64,000 nucleotides of DNA from Candidatus Omnitrophota bacterium (GCA_018817585.1 JAHITE010000048.1:2100-66099); one strand, 5' to 3'; positions 17,101-27,483 are shown, counted from the stretch's first letter. The notes: generated by a model from the sequence alone, not told the origin. Numbers and translations are program-made.

Positions 17101-18935
17101 AACTAAATTCACTTAAACCCAGAATATTTTTATCTTTTTTCAGCTTGATTATTGTTTTAGGGGTTTCGATCGCGATGCTTGGCGCTTATATCCTGAAAAA
17201 AGATATTATTGAAAAAGCGCAGCAGGAAGTTAAAAATAACTTACAGACCGCGCGCTCGGTTTATGATAATCAGATATCCGCTATGCGGCAGGCTTTTGAG
17301 CTTATTTGTGATACAGCGGATTTAAGCCAATTCCAGCAGAAAATCGGTTTGGATTATATGTATCAGGTATCGCTTGATCAAAAACAGCGGGTGATTAGCC
17401 CGATTGTTTTGCGCGCTTTTGAAGGCAAGGCGATTGGCGGAACCAGAATTATTGAAACTCAAGAATTAATCCAAATAAATCAGGAGCTAGCGGACAAGTC
17501 AAAGATAAATATTTTGCCGACGTCCAAAGCAATCGCGACAGATAGGAAAATCTTAGAGCAGGCCATGACCATTGAATATGCTCTGCCGTTGCAAGATAAA
17601 GCGGGCAAGGTAATAAAGGTTATTTATGGCGGCAAAATAATTAACCGGGATTTTGCTTTAGTGGACAATATTCGCGATTTAGTTTTTCAAAATAAAGTTT
17701 ATGAAGGTAAGTCAGTAGGAACAGTAACTATTTTTCAGGATGATGTGCGCATTGCCACTAATGTTTTAACTGATAAAAACCAAAGAGCAGTTGGTACGCG
17801 CATATCAGAGGTTGTTTATAATGAGGTTTTAAAAAAAGGCGGGACTTGGGTTGACCGGGCTTTTGTGGTTAATGCCTGGTATTTGACAGCTTATGAGCCG
17901 ATTAGGGATATTGATAATCGGATTATCGGAGTGCTGTATGTCGGAGTTCTGGAAAAGCCATTTGTTGATACTGAAAGAGCGATTGTTCTGGCATTTTTTA
18001 CTATTATCTGCGCTGCCGGAGTTTTGGCCGCGATTTTGGCCTTGATTTTAACCGCGGCAATTACCAAGCCGATGACGATGATTTTAAGAGCAACGAGTAA
18101 AATTGCCAGCGGAGATCTGCAGCATAGAGTAAAAACCAACAGTCCTTTAAAAGAATTAAGAGAATTAGCTGATGCTTTTAACATCATGTCCAGCAAGCTG
18201 GATGAACGGGAAAAAAGTTTGATTGTTTCTAATAATAAACTGGAAGTATTAAATCGCAATTATCTGGATTTGGTCGGCTTTGTTTCGCATGAACTTAAAG
18301 GCATCTTATCCTCTATTGTGTTAAATGCTTATAATTTAAGAAAAGAATTTCTTGGGCCAATGAATGAGGCGCAGAAAAAAGCCCTGGTTTCTATGTCTCG
18401 CAATCTTGATTATCTTTCAGCAACTGTGAAAAATTTTCTTAATTTAAGCAGAATTGAAAAAGATGAGATAATGCTGAAAAAGACAATGGCGAATTTAAAA
18501 GAGCAGATATTTGATGTTTCTATAGAGTCTTTTTTGCAGCTGGCTCAGGAAAAAAACATGACTATTGACGCGCAGATTAATCCGAATATTGTGATTAATA
18601 TGGATGTCGGCTTGATTCAGATTGTCGCGAATAATTTATTATCTAACGCGATTAAATACGGAGCGCAGGGCGGGATCATCAGGATCACTACTCAAGTAAA
18701 AAGCAGTATGGTGGAAGTAGAAGTTTATAATGACGGCAGGCCGATTGCCAGTATTGATACTGATAAATTGTTTAAAAAGTTTTCCCGTTTAATTTACGCG
18801 GGCATGGAAAAAGTAAAAGGCACGGGGATTGGCTTGTTTATAACCCAGAAAATAATTGAACAGCATGGCGGTGAGATTTGGGTTGAGCCAAAAAACGCGG
18901 GAAATTCGTTTAAATTCACTATAAAAACTGAATAA
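17097..18935 (+). CDS. sensor histidine kinase with periplasmic Cache-like double sensor, HAMP, HisKA, HATPase_c
   Basis: N-terminal TM, ~280 aa extracytoplasmic region, second TM, HAMP, H-box SHELKGIL, G-boxes. Start overlaps the rex stop (ATGA). Confidence 0.8.
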   Translation: MKLNSLKPRIFLSFFSLIIVLGVSIAMLGAYILKKDIIEKAQQEVKNNLQTARSVYDNQISAMRQAFELICDTADLSQFQQKIGLDYMYQVSLDQKQRVISPIVLRAFEGKAIGGTRIIETQELIQINQELADKSKINILPTSKAIATDRKILEQAMTIEYALPLQDKAGKVIKVIYGGKIINRDFALVDNIRDLVFQNKVYEGKSVGTVTIFQDDVRIATNVLTDKNQRAVGTRISEVVYNEVLKKGGTWVDRAFVVNAWYLTAYEPIRDIDNRIIGVLYVGVLEKPFVDTERAIVLAFFTIICAAGVLAAILALILTAAITKPMTMILRATSKIASGDLQHRVKTNSPLKELRELADAFNIMSSKLDEREKSLIVSNNKLEVLNRNYLDLVGFVSHELKGILSSIVLNAYNLRKEFLGPMNEAQKKALVSMSRNLDYLSATVKNFLNLSRIEKDEIMLKKTMANLKEQIFDVSIESFLQLAQEKNMTIDAQINPNIVINMDVGLIQIVANNLLSNAIKYGAQGGIIRITTQVKSSMVEVEVYNDGRPIASIDTDKLFKKFSRLIYAGMEKVKGTGIGLFITQKIIEQHGGEIWVEPKNAGNSFKFTIKTE

Positions 18936-18969
18936 AAGTATATTACCGACAAGTAAGAAAGGAATAAAT

Positions 18970-19848
18970 ATGTGTGCGCGGATACTTATTATTGATGATG
19001 ATCAGGACTTTACCGAGGCAACGCAGCTTTTGCTGCAGGCAAACGGCTATCAGGTAACAACTGCGGCCAGCGGCCAGGAGGGATTTTCTAAAGTAAAACA
19101 TGATTCTCCTGACTTGATATTGCTGGATATGATGATGAGTTATAAAACTGAAGGCGCGGATATTGCCAAAGCGATTGCGGCTGATGCGGCCAGCAAGGAA
19201 ATCCCGATTGTCATGATTACCGGAGCGCATAAAGAAATGGATTTTCCTTTTGAACTGCGGCCGCAGGACAAGGCTTTGCCTGTGAGAGCTGTGCTGGAAA
19301 AACCGGTTAAGCCGGAATCATTGCTTAAAATAGTGGAAAAATGCATTAAGCTTAATTCTCAGGATCATGTTAAGACAGTCAATCAGTTAGAGCATTTGGC
19401 GGCTAAATGGAAAGGCAAAAAAGGCAATCTGGTGATGATTCTCCATGAGATCCAGAATCATTATGGTTATGTTCCGCGGAATGTTTCTTTTGAGTTATCG
19501 AGGATTTTAGAAGTTCCTATGGCCAGTATTTATGAGGTTTTAACTTTTTATAATTATTTTAAACTTGAGGCTCCGGGTAAACATACGATTTCTGTGTGTA
19601 TGGGTACTGCCTGTTATTTAAAAGGCGCGCCTCAGATATTATCAGAGTTAAAAAGAATTTTACATGTTGAAGAAGAGCAAACAACGCAAGATAAATTGTT
19701 TCACCTTCAGGTTGTGCGCTGCCTGGGCTGCTGCGGATTGGCGCCGGTAATTACGATTGGAAGTAAAGTGTATGGCAAGGTCAAGACAAAAGAAGTGATG
19801 GACATCCTTTCACTTTATGTTAAAGAAGGGAGCAAGAATAATGAATAA
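18970..19848 (+). CDS. receiver domain fused to NuoE/HndA-like thioredoxin-like [2Fe-2S] subunit
   Basis: Residues 1-125 form a receiver (IIDDD, LILLDMMM, IVMITG, EKP). Residues ~150-292 form a NuoE fold (CMGTACYLKG...VRCLGCCGLAPV). Confidence 0.75.
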   Translation: MCARILIIDDDQDFTEATQLLLQANGYQVTTAASGQEGFSKVKHDSPDLILLDMMMSYKTEGADIAKAIAADAASKEIPIVMITGAHKEMDFPFELRPQDKALPVRAVLEKPVKPESLLKIVEKCIKLNSQDHVKTVNQLEHLAAKWKGKKGNLVMILHEIQNHYGYVPRNVSFELSRILEVPMASIYEVLTFYNYFKLEAPGKHTISVCMGTACYLKGAPQILSELKRILHVEEEQTTQDKLFHLQVVRCLGCCGLAPVITIGSKVYGKVKTKEVMDILSLYVKEGSKNNE

Positions 19849-20191
19849 GCTGACAAAGGATAGTTTAAATAAAATTAAACAGGAAAATTCCAAACCAAGA
19901 AAGAACTGGATTAAAGTGGGAATGAGCACTTGCGGAATTGCCGCAGGCGCGGATGTTGTCCTGGAAACACTTAAACAGGAAGTGAAAAAACGTAATTTAG
20001 ATGTTAGTGTCGGTCAATGCGGCTGCGCGGGAAAATGTTATGCTGAGCCATTGGTCGAGGTGTGTATTGATGGCGTTCCCCAGGTTATATACGGAAATAT
20101 TGATAAGAAAAGCGCGATTGAAATTATTGAAAGACATGTTACTAATAAACAATTATTAAATGATCATATTTATAACGTAAAGGGCAGGTAA
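19817..20191 (+). CDS. HndB-like thioredoxin-like [2Fe-2S] ferredoxin subunit
   Basis: 124 aa; Cys residues in MSTCGIAAGA and CGCAGKC. Confidence 0.55.
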   Translation: MLKKGARIMNKLTKDSLNKIKQENSKPRKNWIKVGMSTCGIAAGADVVLETLKQEVKKRNLDVSVGQCGCAGKCYAEPLVEVCIDGVPQVIYGNIDKKSAIEIIERHVTNKQLLNDHIYNVKGR

Positions 20192-20192
20192 G

Positions 20193-21941
20193 ATGAGTGG
20201 AAAAAACGATAAAAAAATAATATTGGTTTGTGATACTGATGGAAAGCAGCGTGAGGCTGATTACGCGGATACAATCATTAGTGTCTTGGCCGAGGAAAAG
20301 CTGGATGACCAGGTACAGGTTGTGCGTGTCGCTGAACTGGGTATTTACGGGCAGGGAGTTATTGCCAGGATTTTGCCGGAAAATATTACTTATAAACTCA
20401 ATGACGAAGCAATGATTAATCAGATTGTTAGTGAGGTAATTAAAAAAAATAAAACACTTAGAGACGCGGTACTGGAAGCAGATCCCAAGCAGTTAAAGAT
20501 TGTTTTGCGCAATTGCGGGATAATTGATCCGGAAAAAATCGATGATTATATTGGCCAGGATGGTTATCAGGCTTTAGCGAAAGTTATTTTCGATTCTTCT
20601 CCGCAAGATGTTATTGAACAGCTGAAAATCAGCGGTTTAAGAGGCAGAGGCGGCGGAGGTTTTCCTACGGCCACTAAATGGAACTTTGCTCGTAGTACGG
20701 AAGCTGACCAGAAATACATAATCTGCAATGCTGATGAAGGTGATCCCGGAGCGTACATGGATCGGAGTGTTTTAGAAGGTGATCCGCATTCAGTTATTGA
20801 AGGAATGATTATCGGCGGCTTTGCTATTGGAGCGGATAAAGGTTATTTTTATATTCGCGCGGAATATCCTTTGGCAATTGAAAGAGTGCAAAAAGCAATT
20901 GATCAGGCTCGGGAATATGGCCTTTTAGGTGAAAATATTCTGGGCAGTAATTTTAGTTTTGATTTGGATATCCGCTTGGGCGCGGGCGCTTTTGTTTGTG
21001 GTGAAGAAACTGCTTTGATTGCCTCAATCGAAGGTAAAAGAGGCTGTCCGACTCCCAGACCGCCATATCCTTCGATTAGTGGTTTGTGGAAAAACCCAAC
21101 AGTTATTAATAATGTGGAAACATTGGCGAATATTGCCGTGATATTGTTAAAAGGGGCAAAATGGTTTTCGGGAATTGGCAGTGCCACAGCCAAAGGAACC
21201 AAGGTTTTTGCTTTAACTGGAAAAGTGAAAAACTCAGGTTTAATTGAAGTGCCGATGGGTATTACTTTGCGCGAGATTGTTTATGAAATCGGCGGCGGAG
21301 TATTTGAGGATAAAAAAATAAAAGCAGTGCAGACTGGCGGTCCGTCCGGGGGAGTAATTCCCAAGGAATTTCTCGATACTCCGGTTGATTATGAAAATCT
21401 CCAGAAACTTGGTTCAATTATGGGTTCAGGAGGGATGATTGTTTTAGACGAGGATGATTGTATGGTGGATATTGCCAAGTTTTATCTGCGTTTCTGCGTG
21501 GATGAATCGTGCGGTAAATGTGCTCCCTGCCGGATTGGCGGTTTCCAGATGTTGAATTATCTTAAAGCTATTTCCCGCGGTAAAGCCACTCAGGATGATC
21601 TGGTTAAACTGGAAAATATCTGTAACGCGGTTAAAAAAGCTTCATTGTGCGGTTTGGGGCAAACAGCGCCTAATCCCATACTTTCCACGATAAAATATTA
21701 CCGTGAAGAATATAATCAGCATATTAATGATCGCCGCTGTGCCGCGAAAAAATGCGCTGACTTATTGCGCTTTGTGATTTCTAAAGAAAAATGTGTAAGC
21801 TGCGGGATGTGTTCCAGAGCTTGTCCGGTAAATGCTATACCCAAGAATGAAAACAAGGAATATATTATTAACCAGGAACAATGTATCAAATGCGGTAAAT
21901 GTTTTGATACATGTAAATTTGACGCGGTAATACGGGAGTAA
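20193..21941 (+). CDS. NADH-binding flavoprotein subunit (NuoF/HndC-like) of bifurcating hydrogenase
   Basis: GRGGGGFPTATKW NADH/FMN site; SLBB; 4Fe-4S (CGKCAPCR); C-terminal 2x[4Fe-4S] ferredoxin. Confidence 0.85.
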   Translation: MSGKNDKKIILVCDTDGKQREADYADTIISVLAEEKLDDQVQVVRVAELGIYGQGVIARILPENITYKLNDEAMINQIVSEVIKKNKTLRDAVLEADPKQLKIVLRNCGIIDPEKIDDYIGQDGYQALAKVIFDSSPQDVIEQLKISGLRGRGGGGFPTATKWNFARSTEADQKYIICNADEGDPGAYMDRSVLEGDPHSVIEGMIIGGFAIGADKGYFYIRAEYPLAIERVQKAIDQAREYGLLGENILGSNFSFDLDIRLGAGAFVCGEETALIASIEGKRGCPTPRPPYPSISGLWKNPTVINNVETLANIAVILLKGAKWFSGIGSATAKGTKVFALTGKVKNSGLIEVPMGITLREIVYEIGGGVFEDKKIKAVQTGGPSGGVIPKEFLDTPVDYENLQKLGSIMGSGGMIVLDEDDCMVDIAKFYLRFCVDESCGKCAPCRIGGFQMLNYLKAISRGKATQDDLVKLENICNAVKKASLCGLGQTAPNPILSTIKYYREEYNQHINDRRCAAKKCADLLRFVISKEKCVSCGMCSRACPVNAIPKNENKEYIINQEQCIKCGKCFDTCKFDAVIRE

Positions 21942-21944
21942 ATC

Positions 21945-23690
21945 ATGATTAAAGCAAAAATAAATAATATTGATGTACAGGTAAAAAAAGGCAGTACTAT
22001 TTTAGATGCCGCCAAGCTGATTAATGTGCATATCCCAACGCTTTGTAAACATCCTGATTTGCACGCGACTGCCGGCTGCGGCATATGTATTGTTAAAATC
22101 AAGGGGACAAATAAAATGATGCGTTCTTGCTGTACTCCTTTGGATGAAGGCATGGATATTATTACCCATGATCAGGAATTACAGCAAACCCGCAAAACCG
22201 TAATTGAATTGATTCTTTCTAATCATCCTAATGATTGCCTGCAATGCGGCAGAAATAATAATTGCGAGCTGCAAAAATTAGCAGGGGACTTTGGAATCAG
22301 AGAATTTCCGTTTAAACAGCATTTAAGAAATTTACCGGAAGACGGTTCTACTGGAACAATCTCCCTGGTACCGGAAAAATGCATTTTATGCGGACGCTGC
22401 GTTCAGGTTTGTCAGGATTTGCAGGATGTTTGGGCTTTATCTTTCCTTGAAAGGGGTTTGAATACGCGGATTTCCGCGGCCGGGGATATTAATTTGGCGG
22501 ACAGTCCTTGTATTAAATGCGGACAGTGTTCGGCGCATTGTCCTACCGGCGCGATTGTCGAATTTGATCAAACCCATCAGGTTTGGCAGTCTTTGTATAA
22601 TCCGGATAAATACTGTGTTGTTCAGATTGCTCCGGCTGTAAGAGTCGCGATCGGTGAAGCTTTTGGTTTTTCGGAGGGAGCGAATTTAACCGGTAAATTA
22701 TATTCCGCGCTGAGAATGCTCGGTTTTAAAGCGGTATTTGATACAACTTTTGGCGCTGATTTAACTATTGTTGAAGAGGCTTCGGAATTTGTCGAACGCT
22801 TTGTCCATAAAAAAGGGGCATTGCCTTTAATAACTTCCTGCTGCCCTTCCTGGGTAGATTATATGGAGAGATTTTATCCGGATATGATTGAGTATTTTTC
22901 TACAGCTAAATCTCCGCATGAAATGGTCGGAGTATTATCGAAAACTTATTATGCCCAGAAGAATAAAATTGATCCGGCAAAAATTCAAATGATCTCAGTT
23001 ATGCCTTGTACCGCGAAAAAATATGAAGTTAGCAGAAGCGAGCAAATGTTTGCTTCCGGGTATCAGGACATTGATATTGTATTAACTACCCGGGAGTTGG
23101 CTAGGATGATCAAACAGGCAGGAATTGACTTTGCTAATTTACCAGATGAATCAGCGGATCATATCTTGGGTGATTATACTGGAGCGGGTGTTATTTTTGG
23201 CGCGACTGGTGGTGTTATGGAGGCGGCTTTGCGAACGGCTTATCATTATGTGACCAATAAAAAGCTGGCTAAACTGGAATTTAATAATGTTCGTGGTTTA
23301 GAAGGGGTGAAAGAAACAGAAATTGATATTGAAGGGACAATTGTAAAAATCGCGGTTGCTCATGGAATCGGTAATGTAGAATATGTATTAAAGAAAGTGG
23401 AAAAAGCGATTGCCGAAAAAACCGAACTGCCTTATCATTTTATTGAAGTCATGGCTTGTCCTGGCGGATGCGTTGGCGGCGGCGGTCAGCCTTATGGCGT
23501 TACTGATAAATTACGAATTAAAAGAGCGCAGGGTTTGTATCAGGAAGATGCTGATACAAAAATACGCAGTTCGCATGAAAATCCTTTTGTTTGCAAGCTG
23601 TATGCGGAGTTCTTAGGTAAACCTTTAGGCGAAAAATCGCATAAACTATTACACACAAGATATACGCCAAAACCAATGTATAAAAAATAA
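21945..23690 (+). CDS. hydA: [FeFe] hydrogenase catalytic subunit (HndD/HydA-like)
   Basis: N-terminal 2Fe-2S and 4Fe-4S domains; H-cluster motifs TSCCPSW, MPCTAKK, ACPGGCVGGGGQP. Confidence 0.9.
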   Translation: MIKAKINNIDVQVKKGSTILDAAKLINVHIPTLCKHPDLHATAGCGICIVKIKGTNKMMRSCCTPLDEGMDIITHDQELQQTRKTVIELILSNHPNDCLQCGRNNNCELQKLAGDFGIREFPFKQHLRNLPEDGSTGTISLVPEKCILCGRCVQVCQDLQDVWALSFLERGLNTRISAAGDINLADSPCIKCGQCSAHCPTGAIVEFDQTHQVWQSLYNPDKYCVVQIAPAVRVAIGEAFGFSEGANLTGKLYSALRMLGFKAVFDTTFGADLTIVEEASEFVERFVHKKGALPLITSCCPSWVDYMERFYPDMIEYFSTAKSPHEMVGVLSKTYYAQKNKIDPAKIQMISVMPCTAKKYEVSRSEQMFASGYQDIDIVLTTRELARMIKQAGIDFANLPDESADHILGDYTGAGVIFGATGGVMEAALRTAYHYVTNKKLAKLEFNNVRGLEGVKETEIDIEGTIVKIAVAHGIGNVEYVLKKVEKAIAEKTELPYHFIEVMACPGGCVGGGGQPYGVTDKLRIKRAQGLYQEDADTKIRSSHENPFVCKLYAEFLGKPLGEKSHKLLHTRYTPKPMYKK

Positions 23691-23797
23691 AACAATACAG
23701 GGGCTTGCAATAACGCGCTAAAAAGCTTATAATCAGGATTAATTACGCTACGCTAAGTAATTTTGGTTTGTGTTAATCGGTAATAAAGGAGGCGATA

Positions 23798-24184
23798 ATG
23801 GCAGGAAAGCTATTGATAATTGATGATGATGGTGATTTTAGAGATGCAGTCTCTACAATGCTTATATCAAAAGGTTTTGAAGTTTTAACCGCGCCAAATG
23901 GTAAGGAGGGTTTTGTTATTGCTCAAGCGCAAATGCCTGACTTGATCCTGCTTGATGTTATGATGACTCATAAAACAGAGGGGTTTGATACAGCCAGAAT
24001 ATTTAAGGATGACGAGAAAACAAAAAACATTCCGGTAGTTATGGTCACTGGAATTAAAAACGATATGCGTCTTGCCTATGATTTTAAACCAGATGATGAG
24101 TGGCTGCCGGTTAAAGCTGTTATTGAAAAACCAATTAACCCGGAAGCGTTATTAAAAGTAATAGCCGAAAATATCAAGAAATAA
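23798..24184 (+). CDS. single-domain response regulator, paralog of the receiver in 18970..19848
   Basis: LIIDDDGDF, LILLDVMMTHKTEG, VVMVTG, EKP; ~50% identity to residues 1-128 of the fusion protein. Confidence 0.8.
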   Translation: MAGKLLIIDDDGDFRDAVSTMLISKGFEVLTAPNGKEGFVIAQAQMPDLILLDVMMTHKTEGFDTARIFKDDEKTKNIPVVMVTGIKNDMRLAYDFKPDDEWLPVKAVIEKPINPEALLKVIAENIKK

Positions 24185-24206
24185 ACTGGTAATTATTTTA
24201 AACTTT

Positions 24207-24248
24207 AAGCCAGCTCTTATAAACCTAAAAAGAGTTGGCTTTTTGTTC
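24207..24248 (+). terminator. putative rho-independent terminator
   Basis: aagccagctctt / aagagttggctt stem followed by tttttg. Confidence 0.5.
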
Positions 24249-24333
24249 GCAATTTTGGGAAAATACTTTTATTCTGCTTTTTGCTTTGTTATAATAATAT
24301 TTAAAGTTTAATTGTTGAACAAGGGGGAATGGG

Positions 24334-24858
24334 ATGAAGAAAAAAATTCAGTTGTTATTTTTAGTGATTAGCATAATTGCTGTTACAATGCCTATTTACG
24401 CGCAGGAAGACGCGGAGTTATTTCTTAGCGCTAAACAGTCTATTAAGGCTGGGGAAAAGGATTTTGCTTTTATCCAGTTCCATTCTTTACTGCGCTTATC
24501 AACAAACTCTCCATATTATCAGGATGCTTTGTTCGCGACCGGAGAGTATTATTTTGCTTGTGCTAATTATTATGACGCGTATACTTCTTTTTCCAAGTTT
24601 GTTGAGCTTTATCCTCAATCAGAAGCTCTGCCGTTTGCCGTGGTTTATCTCTTAAAAATGGAGCAGATGCAGTCACAAGATAGTGAATATGATTTGAAAA
24701 AAAAGGTAATTACCTTCAAGCAGCTTAGTCTTTTATTCAGTGAATATAAAGAATATCCCTATCAATCTCCCATGGGGCTCAAATATAAAGCTGTATATTT
24801 TATTGATCGATTGGAAGTTTATATAAATGAGGAATTGTTTGAAACAGTCTATTTCTAA
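24334..24858 (+). CDS. secreted TPR-like hypothetical protein
   Basis: Signal peptide; helical-repeat composition. Confidence 0.4.
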   Translation: MKKKIQLLFLVISIIAVTMPIYAQEDAELFLSAKQSIKAGEKDFAFIQFHSLLRLSTNSPYYQDALFATGEYYFACANYYDAYTSFSKFVELYPQSEALPFAVVYLLKMEQMQSQDSEYDLKKKVITFKQLSLLFSEYKEYPYQSPMGLKYKAVYFIDRLEVYINEELFETVYF

Positions 24859-26905
24859 ACTAGTTTTTGTTCTGGCTTTAATTACTTTGTTAAGTTTGTT
24901 TTTTGTTTTAGTCTCTTTTGCTGTAAAAACAGCGCTTATGGAAAACAAGGCTAAGATAGAGGAGCAAATAAGCGGATATTTGGATAAGCCGGCGACAATT
25001 GGCAGCATTGATTATCTTCCGCCTTTTTTTATTGTGCTTAAAGATGTCGCGGTGCATGGTAATGGCCAAAATTCAGATAATTTCCCTCTGTCGATTAAAA
25101 GAATAACATTGGTATTTTCTTTAAAAGAAATCATTACTAAAAAACAGCTGTTTATTTCTAAAATCTATTTAATTCAGCCTAAGATTGATTTTTTTAAATA
25201 TCCGCTATTTTTAAAAGAAAGCATTGATGGTATTGTGGAAATAATTAATTTATTGGCTCAGGGCCGACCGCTGAAAATCGTTATGGAAGACTCTCAGTAT
25301 ATTTTAGAAAGAAAGGGCAGCGCTTCGCGGGCAATTATCGCCAATGCAAAACTTAAAATCGGTCCGGGATTTAAAATTGTAAGCTATGGCGATGTTAATC
25401 TGCGCATGCTCAGTCGGGCATTAGGGCAAGAAAAACAAACAGATAATGTTTTTGTTCAACCAATCAAGTATAATTTTTTCGGCAGGGTTACTCCTAAAGG
25501 GTTTTCGATTGATACTCTTAACTTTGCCAGCGGTAAATTTCAGCTTGATTTAAAGGGAAGTTTGGAAGACAGTATTTTGAATTTAAGCGGATTTTCCACA
25601 ATAGATGATTTTTATAAACAGGAGTATTCGATAAATCAGGAAAATAAACTGATAAATCATATTAGAAATCTTATAGTCTATAAACGCGTTCCCCAGAAAG
25701 TCAATGTTTCTCCGACAAGTTTAAATATACTGGATATTAATTTTATTATTCGCTTTGCTTCTAAAAAAATCAATTTAGAACAAGCGACTATGGTTATTAA
25801 TAATATTCCGCTAAAAATAAAGGCAGATATTGATTTTTTAGAAAAAACCGCGCTGAATATAAGTTTGTCGACATTTGCCCAGCAAGCGCTGGTGCTAAGA
25901 AAAAATAATCCGCGAAGTTTGGATATGGATTTTTCCTGCGCAATTGATGAGGGGAATTTAGACGGCAAGATGAATCTGGGATTTTTAAAAGGCAGTGCGA
26001 ATAATTACGCGGTTCAAGTTATTAAAGCTTTATTTAATAATGCCAGTTTTGGCTTAACTCCTGATCAGAGGATTAAGCTTTTTGTGAAGCAAATCATTTT
26101 ACAGTATAAAGCGGATAAAATTTATGATTTTTCTTTGAGCGATTTTGATTTATTGTTTAATTTAATGAATAAAGATTTAAAAGTCGCGTTATTTAACAGC
26201 GATATTTATGGCGGGAGATTAGCTGGGAACGTGGCTTTAGATATTTCAGATAAGCCGTTAAAGACAAGGTGTGTATTAAAAGTTGAAGATGTCAGCGCTA
26301 ATGAAATGGAAACAGTGCTGCTGTCTTTATTCGGCGCTTATCGTAAGCTTCAGGCTAAGTTCACAGGAAAGGTTGACGGCAAATTTGCCTGCGATCTTGT
26401 TTATAATAGTTATCCTCGCGCTCAGATGCAAGGACATTTAGAAATTAAAAATGGTTTTTTGGAAAATGTCCGGTTTTTTGTTTGGCTGTCGGAATTTTTC
26501 AATATTCCGGCTTTAACCCGAGTTGATTTTGCCAATATTTCCGCTAAGTTTAAGATAACTGATGAGCTGGCAATGCTGGAAGAGATTGATTTAGCCAGCG
26601 AAAAAATTAATTTGGCGGGAAATTTTAGTTTAAAAAACAATGAAATGCTTTCTAGTCAACTTTCAATAAGTATTGCCCGGGAGTTGTTAAGCCAGTCATC
26701 AAAGTTTCAGCTTTTACTGGCTTTAATGCGCAATGATACCACTGCGGTAAATTTCGTTTTCCAATTGTCTGGATTATATAAATCACCTAATTTCAAATGG
26801 TTAGAGTCAGATTTTAAAGATAAAATTAAGAAAATTCTCCCGGGATTTTTGGAAAGAGGCATTGAAAAAAAGATTGAAAAAGCAATTCAGTCTATAGCTG
26901 ATTAA
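24827..26905 (+). CDS. AsmA-family-like large envelope protein
   Basis: N-terminal TM; 692 aa beta-rich. Confidence 0.4.
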   Translation: MRNCLKQSISKLVFVLALITLLSLFFVLVSFAVKTALMENKAKIEEQISGYLDKPATIGSIDYLPPFFIVLKDVAVHGNGQNSDNFPLSIKRITLVFSLKEIITKKQLFISKIYLIQPKIDFFKYPLFLKESIDGIVEIINLLAQGRPLKIVMEDSQYILERKGSASRAIIANAKLKIGPGFKIVSYGDVNLRMLSRALGQEKQTDNVFVQPIKYNFFGRVTPKGFSIDTLNFASGKFQLDLKGSLEDSILNLSGFSTIDDFYKQEYSINQENKLINHIRNLIVYKRVPQKVNVSPTSLNILDINFIIRFASKKINLEQATMVINNIPLKIKADIDFLEKTALNISLSTFAQQALVLRKNNPRSLDMDFSCAIDEGNLDGKMNLGFLKGSANNYAVQVIKALFNNASFGLTPDQRIKLFVKQIILQYKADKIYDFSLSDFDLLFNLMNKDLKVALFNSDIYGGRLAGNVALDISDKPLKTRCVLKVEDVSANEMETVLLSLFGAYRKLQAKFTGKVDGKFACDLVYNSYPRAQMQGHLEIKNGFLENVRFFVWLSEFFNIPALTRVDFANISAKFKITDELAMLEEIDLASEKINLAGNFSLKNNEMLSSQLSISIARELLSQSSKFQLLLALMRNDTTAVNFVFQLSGLYKSPNFKWLESDFKDKIKKILPGFLERGIEKKIEKAIQSIAD

Positions 26906-27051
26906 TTAAATAAAGCAGGTTTTCTTAATAAATAGCAGTAATATCAGTAGTCCTTTGTACTTCAAGAAGCTGGATTAATTTTTTTTTTAGAGTATAATAA
27001 GAATAAGGCACTATTAATGGTTTTATAGAGAAACATAAAAAGGAGCAGAAC

Positions 27052-27483
27052 ATGAAATACTCAAGAAGCTGTATGATTATTGCGCTTTTATTTGGTTTAT
27101 TGGTTTCAATGGTTTGTTCTTCAAATGTTCAAGCTGCTCCCAGGAATAGGACAAGCCAGGAAATGAAGGATGTCGCGGACCCGATCATGGATAATATCTT
27201 AGATGGAGTTAAGCTGGAAAATTATATGGATTATTCAAAGGATTTTGATAAAGCATTAAAAGTGCTGGGTTCAAGAACAAAATTTTTTCAGGTTTCCCGT
27301 TATCTTAAGCAAACAATGGGTAATTATATGTCTCGGGAATATATGGGTAGTTTAAATAAAGATAATCTTGTGGTTGTGCTTTGGAAAGCAACTTTTGATA
27401 AATCGCAGGATGATGTTTTGATAAAACTTTTTCTTACTAAACAGAACAGTAGATATGTAGTAACAGGCCTTAGATTTCAATAA
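27052..27483 (+). CDS. secreted DUF3887-like protein
   Basis: Signal peptide; paralog of 12807..13220. Confidence 0.5.
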   Translation: MKYSRSCMIIALLFGLLVSMVCSSNVQAAPRNRTSQEMKDVADPIMDNILDGVKLENYMDYSKDFDKALKVLGSRTKFFQVSRYLKQTMGNYMSREYMGSLNKDNLVVVLWKATFDKSQDDVLIKLFLTKQNSRYVVTGLRFQ

